DNA of 64,000 nt, from the NCBI GenBank assembly GCA_028534125.1, contig CM052818.1:9116001-9180000 (forward strand). The letters are read 5' to 3'. The first letter of the stretch is position 1. The number at the start of each line of letters is the position of its first letter. The notes under the pieces are model-generated. The model saw only the letters and a list, made by a program, of their open reading frames with translations. It had not been told where the DNA came from and searched no databases. The translations under genes and the position numbers were made by a program. Positions 12,659 to 24,702 of this stretch are shown here, piece after piece. Source of the DNA: Lama glama. Taxonomy: Eukaryota.

Positions 12659-13399
12659 TAGAAAGCCATCAAATTCACAGCTGAAAGATTTCTTAGTGCA
12701 TGGCATTACACAGTGATTGTTGGAAGTCAGTTTTAAAGATTAAATCAAAGATTTTTTCAGGTGGTAGGTAAAAAGCATTTTCCTTATTTTAAAAGTATCC
12801 TTTATGTTCATGGTAAACACTATCAATAATATAAAAGGGTATAAGTTTTTTTAAACAGCTTCTTGTGAATTCTTCAGAAATATTACATGTGTATGTAAAT
12901 ATTCTATAATACATATATTATAGCAATTCTATGCTATATGTAATCTCTGTCTATATCCTATGAATGGCATCACAGATTTCAGACATACCTGCTGTCACCT
13001 GCATCACTCACAGAGATGTCACCTCTTTGCAGACAAGCTGTCCTTCCCCAGACCTCTTAGTCTTTAGACCTTTGACTTGCTCATGCCCAGGGACCTCTTC
13101 TCTTCAACATTATCCCCCCCCCAAATCATTTCTTTGAACCCCACACTCTGACTACAACTGAGCTGCCTTCTACCTTTAGTTGCTATTTCTCTTTTCTGTT
13201 CACATCTCTCTGGATGTTGTGAAGCTCTGGATTCATCCACTCTTGTTTCTTCTCTTGCTTTCTTTGTGTGGCTTTATACTTGTTTTATTGTTTTATTGCA
13301 TTTTTGATAGAGTTTCAGGAGGGTTCATGTGGTCAGAGCATTCCTCCTTTCATAATATTTTCTCTTCTCCTGGGTATTTTCCTGTTTTCTGCCTTCTTT

Positions 13400-13860
13400 G
13401 CCAGCCTCTTCAATTCCATGTGCCCTCTAAGGGCTCTTCAGGGCTCCATCCCTGATCTGCTTCTTTCGTTTCCACAGGTGATGCCATCCTTTTCCAGTAG
13501 CATCTGCCGTTGAAAACTCTTACATCCATAGCTCAATCTCAGACCCCTCCTGAGAGTCTTACCTTTTAGTGACTCAAATACATCTCAAATGCAACATACC
13601 AAAAATGAATCTTCGATTTTCTTGCTTTCACATTAGGCAGCACTGCCCTCTTCCCACATGTTCAAGCCAGAAACCTGGGAGTTTTCATCCTTGGTTCCTA
13701 CTTCTCTTGTACCTCCTACATCCAAGCCCTCAGCAAGTCCTGTTGGAAATCCCTCCACAATATATCTAAGATCAGAGCACTTCTTTCCATTTCTACCTCC
13801 CGACTCCAGTCCAGATCACTGTCACCTGTCCCCTGCATCCATGGAATGCAGCCTTTTTTG
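13400..13860 (+). mobile_element. L2 fragment
   Basis: catctcaaatgcaacataccaaaa...tcaagccagaaacctgggag...cagcaagtcctgttgg. Confidence 0.65.
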
Positions 13861-16800
13861 ACTGTACCTATGAGAAAAAGAAATTAGAGCATGCAGCGCC
13901 ACTGTGTTTTTATTTGTATATAATTTTTATGTTTAATATTTTATGTTATATTTATATTTTGTGTTATTTTATATTTTATGCATTAATATTTTAATATAAT
14001 GTTTATTATATGTGTGTGCTACTATGCTAATATATATGTACATTATAAAACATGGACAGAAAGATATTTTAAAGAATAAGATTATAACATAACATTATCT
14101 TGAAAGTAATTTTTTAAATGTGATAATTATATAAAAACTTCTGCTCCATGAGAGGAGGGTGATTGAATAGCATACTTTATTGTTGGAGATGTTGGTTTAA
14201 CACTTGGAGATGAAGCAATTTGAAAGATTGGTTCTAAGTTGAGTGTGTCTCAGCAGTGGGCTTGAATGCCCGTCATGCTGAGAAGATACCCTACAAGGCT
14301 CAACGCTGGGTATCCAGTATCCACATATGGTGAGGTTTGATGTTATTCACAGTGAACATAAATGCTTATTTCAATCGTCTGCTGTCATTTTGAATTTTTT
14401 GGCTTACTCCAAATAAGACTGATTAGGTCACCATTGTTTTTGCCCCCTTATGTGGCTGATTAAGAGCTCATACCGGGTACAGGAGAAGCACTTTGGCATT
14501 TTCTCCTTCCCTTGTGCTTGTGCTGAGTATTGTCCTCAGTCAGAGGTTCTTTTGCAGGATTTTCTTTTAAAGCCATTTGTCTGTTTTGTGAGGATTGGTT
14601 TTGAAAAGCTGCTAAAACAACCTGAGAAGCTCCTTGACAGGGAACACACAACCTGAGACCCACGGCCACAAACTCCGTGCAAAAAGGAAAGTCCTGTCCC
14701 AGAATGGCACCAGCTGTCTGGGGACTGAGCTGTGTGAAGAGCCAGGGACAGTCCACACATTGAATTTCGGTAAAGCCTTTTTTCTTTTTGTAAACATAAT
14801 TAGTAGAAATTTTCTCATAGTCGTTTCTTTCCACACCAAATGGGGCATCCTGCTCTCCTCCTCCCCCGGGTGTGCCTCCTACTTTGGAAATACTGATCCG
14901 GGTTCCCACTTCCTCTCTTGCTGAGGTCAACCAGCATGGCTGGAGTAGAGTTATTGTAAGGATGGGGTCACCAAGGCAAGTAGGACAGAGAAGAAAGAGC
15001 CACTTGATCTAAGTCAAGGAGCACAAATGTCACGTATCATCAAACTTGCTGATAAACTTAGTTTACAAAGGGGCAGGGAAGGTGGACCGAACTCCCCAGT
15101 CCACCACTTCCCCATGTCCAGGTGGTACTTAGGGATCTGAGCAAGAAATAAGGGGATGTCTTGGCTGTCAGTCAAGGTCAGAGTGCTTTGTAATGTGAGC
15201 TAGTGGGGGAGGGGTGAATATGAGGGGTAATGAGGCAAGAAAATATGTTAATATGAATAAAGTTTGCGTTGATCAGATGTGGGGCTTCAGAAGAACATGC
15301 ATTCTTTGGTGCAGAGGTGTGTTTGGTTTTATGCTCTGGGAGAAAGCATCCCAGAGTGGAATGGAAATCTCACTGGCATTCTAGGATTCAGACCTTATCC
15401 GTCCTCAAGAGGTGGGGGTTGAGGAGGCAAGCAAGGTCTGGGTTTACCTTTCCTCTTTGTGGAGCCAGCAGAAATGGGGCGAAGGGCTCAGCAGAAGATG
15501 CTGACTTCCCAGTAGAAGCCCAAGTGCATAAAATTTGCAAGACACAAGAAAGAAGGGGTCAAGAGTTCCTTTATTTTTGTTGGGAAGATTGGTCTGCCCT
15601 GGGTAAAGGCAGGTGTCGTGGGGAAGGAGGGACAGAAAATAGGAAGAGGTTAAAGAGGGGACTCTGGGAAATAAAGGAGACAAGAGTTGGAGGAGAACCT
15701 TGCCTTTGTGCATCCAGGAGAGTGGGCCTAGGGCCTGATATTCCACTTCCTGCTCTCGTTTGCTTAGAAAATAACTTAAAAACCTTTTCAGGGCTGTGTG
15801 TGTGTTTTTTTTTTTCCAATTACTTAATTAAGCTGAATTCAGTTCTTTCTCTTTAAAAAAAAAATAATATGGTAGAATTTTCAGGACAGCAAGAGACCTA
15901 GAAATCAACCAAACAATTATGCAGTTGCCCTGCCTTCTCTCTACAAAATATATAACATTCAGATACCACCACCCGGTTTCCACCCTCTGCAGTAAGATCT
16001 TTTTATCCTCAAATGTCCAAGCAGATGTAGCTTCTCACCTTTGCAGACACACACCTTTCAGAGGGTGGGCGCAGCAAAGTCTCCACAAATCTTGCACCCC
16101 CGTGTCTCTGTGGTGGGTGCCCTGCCCCCAGCCTGGAGGTCCTCCTTCTCCCCCTTCTCTGTGCATCTTCCCTCCTGTCACTTGTACCAGGGGTCTTTCT
16201 GGGCCCCTCCAGTGTTGAAAGGTCCAGGAGAGGAGTCAGCGAGGGACGCTGACGAGGAGCAGCAAGCAAGATCCTGGGGATCGTCGTGTCTTGGAGACCA
16301 AGGGTGATGAACCATGACAGGGAGTGTTCCCTTTACTCGCTGTAAACAGTGCTGTGGGGTCATGGCTTCACCTGGGTCAGCATTTGATATTCATCTTGAC
16401 TGTTTTCTCATTAATTCACTTATAAGAATCATTTTACAACTCAAAGGCAGAGGTAAGTCAAATATTTACCATCAGGTGGGTCTGTAAACATGGAAGGAAC
16501 TGAGAAGGGAGCCAGGAAGAGGTGACAGCCCACAGACTCAGCTCACTGACGAGTTTAACCAGCCTCTGCAGTCCCGGGAAGCTTCTTAGGATTTTTATAC
16601 AGTTTAGACCTTTTAAACAGTCCCTGGGGTTGGCCAAAAAGGCATGTGAATTTGTAACCTGGCACATTCGAGGTATAGGCATGGGGAGTTCTTTCTTTTT
16701 TGCACTTTCGAGCAGTGAGAGAAAAGACACAAGGAATAGACATATTTTGAAACCATACAGTACAATCTATGCCATGCATGTAATTGAAAAACTAAATCTA

Positions 16801-17879
16801 TAATTAAACAACAACAAAAAACTTCCTTTAATAAGTATTCTGTCATTCTCATATTGTCACTTTTTCCTTTTCCTAAATTTTTCCCCCTTATTCTTTATTT
16901 TCTCAAGTTGGGGTTTCAAGAGTTTCATTGCAAGAACTAACTTGCTTTGCTTAGTTTTTGTCCTCTGGGCTTTGGTTACCTCATTAACTTAAGTGCTTTC
17001 AGGAGGAAGTTTAATGCTTCAACTTCAATTAGCAAGCTCTCCTGGAAGAAAGAACATGCCCCTGTAATTTCTAAATTCTACAACCTCACAAAAATTGATT
17101 CCCATAAAAGAACATGAAAAATCATCTTAGATAATTTAGGCAACAATTTCATCTGACAAATGTGAAATCTGATTCTTTCAAGTAAAGACATGGAAGGTAA
17201 AATTGCTTTCGTGTGGAAAATACACATGATTTAATATTTTTACTATATTTACTTATAACAATTTCTTTCCTTAGATTTACCTCTAAATAAAAACTGAGAC
17301 CTAGTATTAAAATTTCAAGACCACTAGTATTTTACCTGATTTTAAGGCATGGTTCATGTTCCCATCCCCTGAGTGTTTAAAATGAAGATTTCACAATGAC
17401 AGTGATAGAATAATAGGGAGTAACTGCAGTTACTGCCACATCTGAAGCCTGTTCTGTAAAGTCATTCCAGCTAAAAATAATGTGAGTTTTAAAATAGAAG
17501 CTCAACATGCATTTATTTAAGAAGTGATGGCTCCTTCAAAAGAATGGTTCTCAATATACTTTGAGCCACCGTGGATCAAAACATACTTAGAACCATCCTT
17601 CTGGACTGAAATTGATTTCTGAGCCTAGGGTGTATTCTTTGGAGTATCTCAACAGTCCATATATTTCTTCTTTGAGAACAGTTAATCTTTTAAAAAACTG
17701 ACAAAAGTCACTTGATAACAGGTCTAGTGAATAAGATAGATAGTCAAACTAGTGCTATTGGTTTTGTAAAAAAGTCCATCAGTAAAATAACGAGACTGGT
17801 GTTCTTGCCTTGCTCAGAAATTGCCTCTGAGGTGGGTCTGTACGTGTTTGGGTACTGAGCAGCACTGCTGGCAGCTGAG

Positions 17880-18005
17880 GCCCCACGAGGGCCAGGCCTG
17901 TGACCATTTTGCCAATTACTGATCCCCAGCACCTACTATAATGCCCAGTGCATGGTGGATGCTTGATAAACGTAGGTTGAACAACCGAATGAATAAATAC
18001 ATAAA
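17880..18005 (+). mobile_element. L2 3'-end remnant
   Basis: atccccagcacctactataatgcccagtgcatggtggatgcttgataaac...gaatgaataaat. Confidence 0.6.
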
Positions 18006-18319
18006 CTGACAATGGTACTAATTCTATGGTACTCACTGAATGTATATATTTGAAATAGTTGTTTTCAAAAGAAAATAGCTTCCATAATTTGCAAATTCAG
18101 CAATAATCTAATGGTTTATAGGAAATGCCCCCAAGTGACTCAGTTGTCTTTCTTTTGACATACTACCATCTTCTGGGTATAGCCCATTTTGTAAAATAAA
18201 AAGAGCGTTTTTGCAGTGATGATGTTGGGTGGATAGGGCAGACAGAATCACCCCCATTTTATAGATTAGGTCACTGGGGTGCTGGATACTTAAGTAATTT
18301 GTACAACATTCGTGTGATT

Positions 18320-18560
18320 GTTTAGAATATTTTTTGCGAGTAGTAATGGAAATCCTAATTTATACTGACTAATGCCCATTCCTGACAAAACCACTGGGAA
18401 AGGGGAGTGGATTACCCAGGTACTGGGGATAGAGTTGGCTTCTCCTAAAGTGCTGGGGCTGTGTGGGGCAGGGTGGATGCCTGAGCAAGACTGGGATGTT
18501 ATTGGGAAGGAGGAAGGTGGGAGTGGATTCTGGGTAGATACTGTGCCCCCAACAGTCACC
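18320..18560 (-). mobile_element. MaLR (MLT1) LTR fragment; MIR-like fragment just left of it at ~18245-18300
   Basis: caagactgggatgttattgggaaggaggaagg...tgggtagata...cagtcacca antisense MLT1-like text. Confidence 0.5.
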
Positions 18561-18619
18561 AACTAATAACTAGAAGAACGGGCACTCAAACGTAGCTCTC
18601 CTGAAATCAGATGCAGTAC

Positions 18620-18740
18620 TTTTTTTATTTTGGGGGGATAATTTATTCCATTAATTTTGAGTGGAGCTACAGGGGATTGAACCCAAGACCTCGTGCATGC
18701 TAAGCCCACGCTCTAGCACTTGAGCTATACCCTTCCTGCC
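18620..18740 (-). mobile_element. Vic-1-like tRNA-derived SINE
   Basis: ggggattgaacccaagacctcgtgcatgctaagc...tgagctataccc. Degenerate TSD atgcagtacttt / atgtagtgcttt. Confidence 0.85.
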
Positions 18741-19211
18741 AAATGTAGTGCTTTGTTTTAAGAAGAATGTGCTATAGCAAACAATTATTCTGAAAGCAAG
18801 TTCTTAGGGATTCATAAATTTACCCAGAGACTATATCAGCAATTTTATTCTGGCTGAAAGTTAAATTTATGTGTCTTATGTGTTTTTGATTCAGTTTAAT
18901 ACATTTCACAAAAAGAGTTGTGGAGAGAATGGAAATTGTACACTTTTCTGTTTGTTGTTTTGTTTCTTAATTTAAAGTTGTATGACATTCCTAGAGCCCT
19001 TCTGGTAGCATTATTTGAAGTCCTTTATTAACGACATTTAAGGGTCTGCAGGATGTATTCCAGTAATTTGTGAAGTGGTGGTCTTTAATATTTTCCCCAC
19101 AGAGAAGAATTAATGTTTCCTGTGAGCTTCTACCCTAAGTCCTCCTAAGAAATTCCAGAGTTCAAAAAGCATCAGATTTTTAATTAGCATCCTTAAGGTA
19201 CATACTATGCC

Positions 19212-19676
19212 AGTTTCACAGACCTTGCATGTGGCTTGCCCAGTAGCCATTCCCCTGTTGTCTCTACTCACAGAATCCAATTCCATTCTGGGCACAGAGT
19301 GGCCAGTTAAAATATTGAACTCCCAGCCTCTCTTGCAGTCGTGGGTACCATATAAAATAGTTCTGGCCAATTCTCAGTTCTGTAAACAGTGGGTGGTGGG
19401 GTTCTGCCCAATGCGCTTCCCTTCCCCACTTCTTCCTGCCTGACTCACGGATGTGATGCTTGATGGTGGAGGAGCTATCTTATTATGAAGAGGAAAGAAA
19501 CATCCAAAGGATGGAGGCTGGGGAGCTAGGAGGAACCTGAGCCCTTGATGACTTCCTTGAGCAACTGCAGCAGCCTTGACTGCCCACCTTTCAACCCCTA
19601 CCACATGAAAAACAAAGCCGTATTTGGTAAAGCCATCGTAGCTCGAATGCATCCCAACTACATGCATCTGGATACA
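19212..19676 (+). mobile_element. MLT1 (MLT1J/K-like) solo LTR inserted in the kinase pseudogene
   Basis: cccagtagccatt, cccagcctctcttgcag, ttctggccaat; ends gataca. 5-bp TSD atgcc at 19207-19211 and 19677-19681. Confidence 0.8.
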
Positions 19677-21009
19677 ATGCCTGACGGGCACTTTCAGACA
19701 TTTTCTTTTTTTGCAGTCTTTAAAGCTCCAAGAAGACCAATATAGGACAAGCACTATACAAAATCCTCCCCTACCTAACCTACTAAATACAATTTTTTCT
19801 TCTATGACGTATGTTTCTGTGACAATGGTTAGCTCCCATGCAATTGGCATATCGGGTTATGAAGACAGCATAACGTGGAAGTTGCATCGGTCTATATGCT
19901 ATTGTTCATAGCATATTAATATTTTGAAACACTATCTGAAGATTCTTAGAGGAAAATCCTGCAGAAATGCATAGGTAGTGGTGATTTAGTGGCTTCAAGA
20001 ACTACCAGTCTTCCCCCAATGTTAAGTTATCTGGTAAAAGTTTACCGAAGGGCAGCTGAAGAAGTTGGGTACACATATGATTCATTTAATTCATTTTCCT
20101 CCAGTGAAGATGATCTGTAATTCTGTCATGTATCTACATCTCCAAGGAAGTGGTGTGAGCCCTACATCTTGGTGGTGCCAAGACTGATGCTATGAAGGCG
20201 GGTGCAGATGCATGTGCAGATCTAATATGCTAATATTTTTATCAGATTTATTATTGTTTTCATTAGTGCTCTGGTTACAAAATTGCATAGAATTTAAGCA
20301 GTTTGCACCAGGCCCATTTCCTCCTAAGTCCAGTTGATTTTAGAGCACGATTTTGCAAAACTCAATTTTTCAAAAAAAAATACATATATCCACTACAGCA
20401 GAAATGTCTGATTCTTAGAAACAGAAATTAACCCTTGCCAGGACCACCATTAAGAGCCTGGGCAGATTAAAAAGAGCTATCTCATTAGAATTTTTAAAAA
20501 GTTTATTGAGTAATGAAAATAATACTATGACACAAGAGGCCTAGCCAATGAGAAAAGTCTTGTGCATGGTCGTGTTTTCTATATAAAGGAAGTTATTTTA
20601 ATCTTTGCAAGTAATCATGTGTTCTATTGACAATGAGTTCTGGAAACCATTTATTCCACAGAGCAAGTCTTTTCTAGTTCCCGTCTCACCAAGTATGATC
20701 TGAGCAGAATCTTTCACGCACCTTTAACGTACCATGATGAATAACAATGCTACTCATTTAAAGGCAATATCACCAACAGCCTTTGTAAATCCAACCTCTG
20801 CTCCCACTGGAAGAGACAACCTAGATTCACCACCAACCTATTAAACCAAACACACTAAAAAATTAGAGCCTGGAAGAAGAAAAGGATGAGGAGAAAGGTA
20901 GATATGTGAAAACTCTCTTTTCCTCTTAACTAGTTTAAGTTCAGAAAATTAAGATCACCTATAAATTCTTTGTAGAGAGCTAGGTATAGCTCTTTTCCCC
21001 TCCTATTTC

Positions 21010-21648
21010 AGCCATGTCTTAACCAAAAAGGTCTCTTATGATGTGGCTCCTGCCCTGCCCACCTCTTTGATCTAATTTCCCAGAGTCCCACTGTTGCACA
21101 TTCCACTCCAAAGCCACACTGGCAGTTTTCCAGGTCCTCCTGTTTCTCCAACAGACCAAGCCCCCTTCCACCACAGGGCCTTTGCACATGCCTTTCCCGC
21201 CATCTAGCACACTCTTTCCCCAAACAGTCACCAGTCTCACTCTCTCGTCTCATTCAGGCCTATGTTCAAATGTCACCTCCTCAGAGAACCCTTTCCTAAC
21301 TCCCATATCTAAAAAGGCACCACCTCAGATTCCCAGTCTGTCTTACTCTGCTTTTCTCACATAGCATCAATCATTACTAGGCATTATGTAATATATTTAC
21401 TTGCTTAGTTATTGTCTCTTCTCCACTGGAATGTAAGCTCTCTCAATACAGAGACATCATCTATATCATTCACTGCTGTACCCTCAGGCCTAGAGGAGAG
21501 GCTAGCAAGTATCATTCATAAATATTTACTGAGCATCTGCTGTGTTCCAAGAACCATTCTAGATACTGAGCAGAAAGATCTTTGCCCCATGGGGCTTATA
21601 TTCCAGTGACACATAGTAAGTGTTTGATAATATTTGTTGAATGAATCC
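21010..21648 (+). mobile_element. L2 3' region (with a short opposite-orientation L2 piece at ~21510-21605)
   Basis: tcaaatgtcacctcctcagagaacc, ctggaatgtaagctc, gtttgataatatttgttgaatgaat. Confidence 0.8.
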
Positions 21649-21728
21649 TCAGGATTATAATCAAAATCCACTAAAGTAAACATTTTGCCCCATAAGCTCA
21701 TTAAAATGGATGTTAATGTAACTCTAGT

Positions 21729-22214
21729 TGTATCAATTTCCTATGACTGTGCCACAAATTACCACAAACTAGCTGGCTTAAAATCCCCAAAATTTATTTA
21801 TTCTCTCACAGTTCTGGAGGCCAGAAGTGTGAAATCAGTGTCACTGGGTCAAAATCAAGGTGTCAGCTGGGACTTCTGGCTCTGGCAGCACTAGGAGAGA
21901 CTCGATTCCTGGCCTCTTCCAACTTCTGGTGGCTGCTAGACTTCCTTGCTTGTGGTGACATGAGTCTAGTCTCTACCTCCGTCTTCACATCACTTTCTCC
22001 TCTGTGTCTCTTTCAAATCTCTGCCTGCCTCCCTCTTGCAAGAATGCACATGATGGCATTAGGGCCCACCAGACAATCCAGGATAATCTCCCCAATTGAA
22101 AAGAAATCTGAAAAAAATCACAGCTGCAAATATCCTTTTTCCAGAGAAGGAAACATGTGCAGGTTCCAGGAATTAGACCTGATTATCTCTGGGGCCGTCA
22201 CACAGCCCACTATA
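21729..22214 (-). mobile_element. MLT1 (MLT1C/D/E-like) LTR
   Basis: acaaattaccacaaact...tctcacagttctggaggccagaagt...ggataatctccc...cagcccactata. Confidence 0.85.
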
Positions 22215-22357
22215 CTGATGTTCTGGTGGCTGGAAGGAAGTTCCCATATATCAGGAGAATACCAGGAGGTATCTTTTTCTTTCTGCTTTTGTCGTTTCCC
22301 CTCCTTGGAAAAAAACACATTTATTTCTGGAAAACGAAGAAAGGCAATGACTATTTT

Positions 22358-22522
22358 ATTTTTTTCTTAGTTTTATTAATTAACTTATTTTTGTTGTTGT
22401 TTATTTGAGGTGGGAGGTAATTAGGTTTATTTATTTACTTATTTATTTTAATGGAGGTACTGAGGATTGAGCCCAGGACCTCATGCGTGCTAAGCTCCAC
22501 CGCTGAGCTATACCCTCCCCCC
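22358..22522 (-). mobile_element. Vic-1-like SINE
   Basis: gaggtactgaggattgagcccaggacctcatgcgtgctaag...gagctataccctcccc. 15-bp TSD ggcaatg(a/g)ctatttt at 22343 and 22523. Confidence 0.92.
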
Positions 22523-23444
22523 GGCAATGGCTATTTTCATACATGACTATAGAATTACCTTTTCCAAAGAATTAGTGTAATAGTAGTTGTGACTCATTCA
22601 TAAAATTGTTTGATTGTCTTCCATCAAGAAACTCCCACAAAATTAAGTTAATGAGCAGTGGAGGTGGCAAAGCAATATTTGAGAACAAAATGTTTTATAT
22701 CCTACGATGAGATCCCGTCATGATTTGCAGGCAGAATAACAGATCCTTACCATTTATCACTTAGAGTCATTATCTTCACATCATGGAACAGGCTGTAACC
22801 TTAGGGTCCCTGCCATGTGCCAATGCACAGAGTCGTGCCAGTTTCACAGGTAGAGCTGGAGCCGCACAGCCTTTGGGGTGTTTGGCAGCCCCTACAACAA
22901 GGGACAAATAGGAGTCACTAACCATAGGTCATTTTGATATTATTAAGCCTTTCCGAAATTTGGTTTGGAGGCCCAGAATTTAAACTTGTCCTGTTTTTTA
23001 GCCTCTTAAAAAGAAACAAATATTCTACAACTTTGTTCCAACAAAGTATTTTCACCTTTTCTTTGGTGGTAAAGAATATTATGAATTATACAAACACGGC
23101 CAAATTTAATCAGTGTGTAAATTCACACTTATTTTTCATAATAGTATTTTAGTCTTGTAAAAAAAATCCCATTCTTAAGTAATATATTCTACTGAGAAAG
23201 TAAGGTCTAAGAAAAGAAAGAATTGAATGATTCTCATGAGTCTTTTTTCATTTACCACGGATTCAAGGGTACATTTTTATTTCTTGCATCAGTATTTTTT
23301 AAGTATTATTATGAGAGTAAATTGTGAATTTCTCTTTTATCAGAAAACCTAATTCTAAAGAAAGGCTCTGATTCTGATTTACTCCATAAAATTGACAGCA
23401 TGCATATTAGGTGGAGGGGAATTAAAGTGCTTCAAGTATGCTAT

Positions 23445-24100
23445 TTCATTTATTCATGCAAGATTTATTTTTTAAACACCTATTATGTGCCAGGCACAGT
23501 ACTAAGCCCTGGGGATACAAAAGCAAACACGACCCAGCCCCTGCCCTCAGCAAGCCTGTAGTGTGAATGCGATGGTGGCAAGGACACGGTTTCTCACAGA
23601 GAGTGTCGTGGTGCTTCGCTGGGGCTGGTGATGGGTGCAGAGGGGGAGCAGAGCCCTGCTGGTCTTTGGGAGGCCAAAGGCCTCTTGTGAAAGGAATCTG
23701 AGGCCTGAGAATGAATAAAAGTCAGCCAGTTGCTCAAACAGCGAAACTTCAGCGTATGTGTGTGCGAAAGCCCAGAAACGAAAGGCTAGTGTTTGGGAAA
23801 TGGAGGTGGGTTAACATGGTAAGAACTAAGGCTGACAGGAAAGGGTTCAAAGAAGAGGCTGGAGCAGCCCCTGTGTGGCCCCCAAATTTATTAGAGTCTG
23901 GACTTCAAAAACCATTGAAGGATTCTAAAGAAGGGCTCAGATCTGCATTTTATAATGATAGTTCCAGCTGCAGTGAGAGAATGGACTAGAGGTTGCCAAG
24001 AAGAAAGGCAGACACCCGTCAGTCTGGGTAAGAGAGATTCCAGGGACAGCCTGTGGTTACCTGAACTGGAGCTCAGTGGGGATGTTGACAGATTTGAAAA
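23445..24100 (-). mobile_element. L2 fragments
   Basis: cacctattatgtgccaggcacagtactaagccctggggatacaa; accattgaaggattctaa...agatctgcattt. Confidence 0.65.
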
Positions 24101-24669
24101 ATTATTTCCATCAGTAATTTTCTTGAAACAAAAAGTTAAGTATTTTCATGGAGCCGTGAAAACTTTTAGTGGTCTGTGATGAACGAGTTTTCAAATCTCT
24201 TGTTTATAAGCCTAATTTTGTAGCTATAAGAACAGGCCTGAAAATAGCTGTCTCTAGTTTTTATTCCTAAGGTTGTCTGACATTAGCTAGATAAGTAAAC
24301 CTAACCTGTCCACAGACCAGGGAACCATATCAAAGCTGCTCTGACCCCGATAGCTATAGGTATGGAAGCAGCCAATGTTATCACTGCTGGCACTTCTCTT
24401 GGCTCTCAGGACCTGTGGGTGAATCCACCTGTGTTATCCCAGCTCAGTGCATTGCCCACACCCATCCCCTGAGGTGAAGGGACATATGCAGGTTGCAGGA
24501 CACACTCAGGAATGGAAAGGTCAATGAACCGCCTTCTTTCCGAGTCCACACCACACACATTCCTCTGCCTTCTCCTGGGGCAATAAGGGGCGACTTCTTT
24601 GAGGACATGGTATGATTTCCACAGTTGAGCGTGGCCAACAGGTCTATTACCTGAAAGGCTAGTGTTCAA

Positions 24670-24702
24670 CTGCACTTCTTCTCTTTTCCAGCAGGTGGCA
24701 AT
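24670..24702 (+). promoter_or_regulatory. Candidate CTCF site with upstream motif
   Basis: Core CCAGCAGGTGGCA at 24688-24700, preceded by ctgcact at the usual upstream-motif spacing. Confidence 0.55.

Larger units (their letters stand above)
17587..20837 (-). pseudogene. Ancient decayed non-receptor tyrosine kinase gene (possible SH2 + kinase; SYK/ZAP70-like best guess), interrupted by MLT1, SINE, MIR and L2 insertions
   Basis: Manual minus-strand translation gives collinear kinase-like motifs: LGRGGFCIV (19778-19752), KVPVR (19694-19680), LKDAN/LEFLR (~19200-19140), LHKLLEYIL (~19075-19049), NLTFSQNKIAD (~18867-18835), GAFPINH*IIAEFANYGSY (18131-18075), SLVILLMDFFTKP (17797-17759), KRLTVLKEEIYGLLRYSKEY...INFS (17697-17587). 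Many stops and frameshifts. Confidence 0.6.

Noticed and set aside
14460..14930. 156-aa minus-strand ORF
   Set aside because: No recognisable homology and a non-ATG start.
15269..15856. Longest ORF in the track (195 aa, +)
   Set aside because: Non-ATG start, no recognisable domain or splice context; consistent with a chance ORF in GC-elevated sequence.
18980..19006. TRRALGMSY as kinase subdomain VIa
   Set aside because: Too far (~45 codons) from KIAD. The alternative register with EMY*TESKTHK as VIa-VIb fits the spacing better, so it was not counted as independent evidence.
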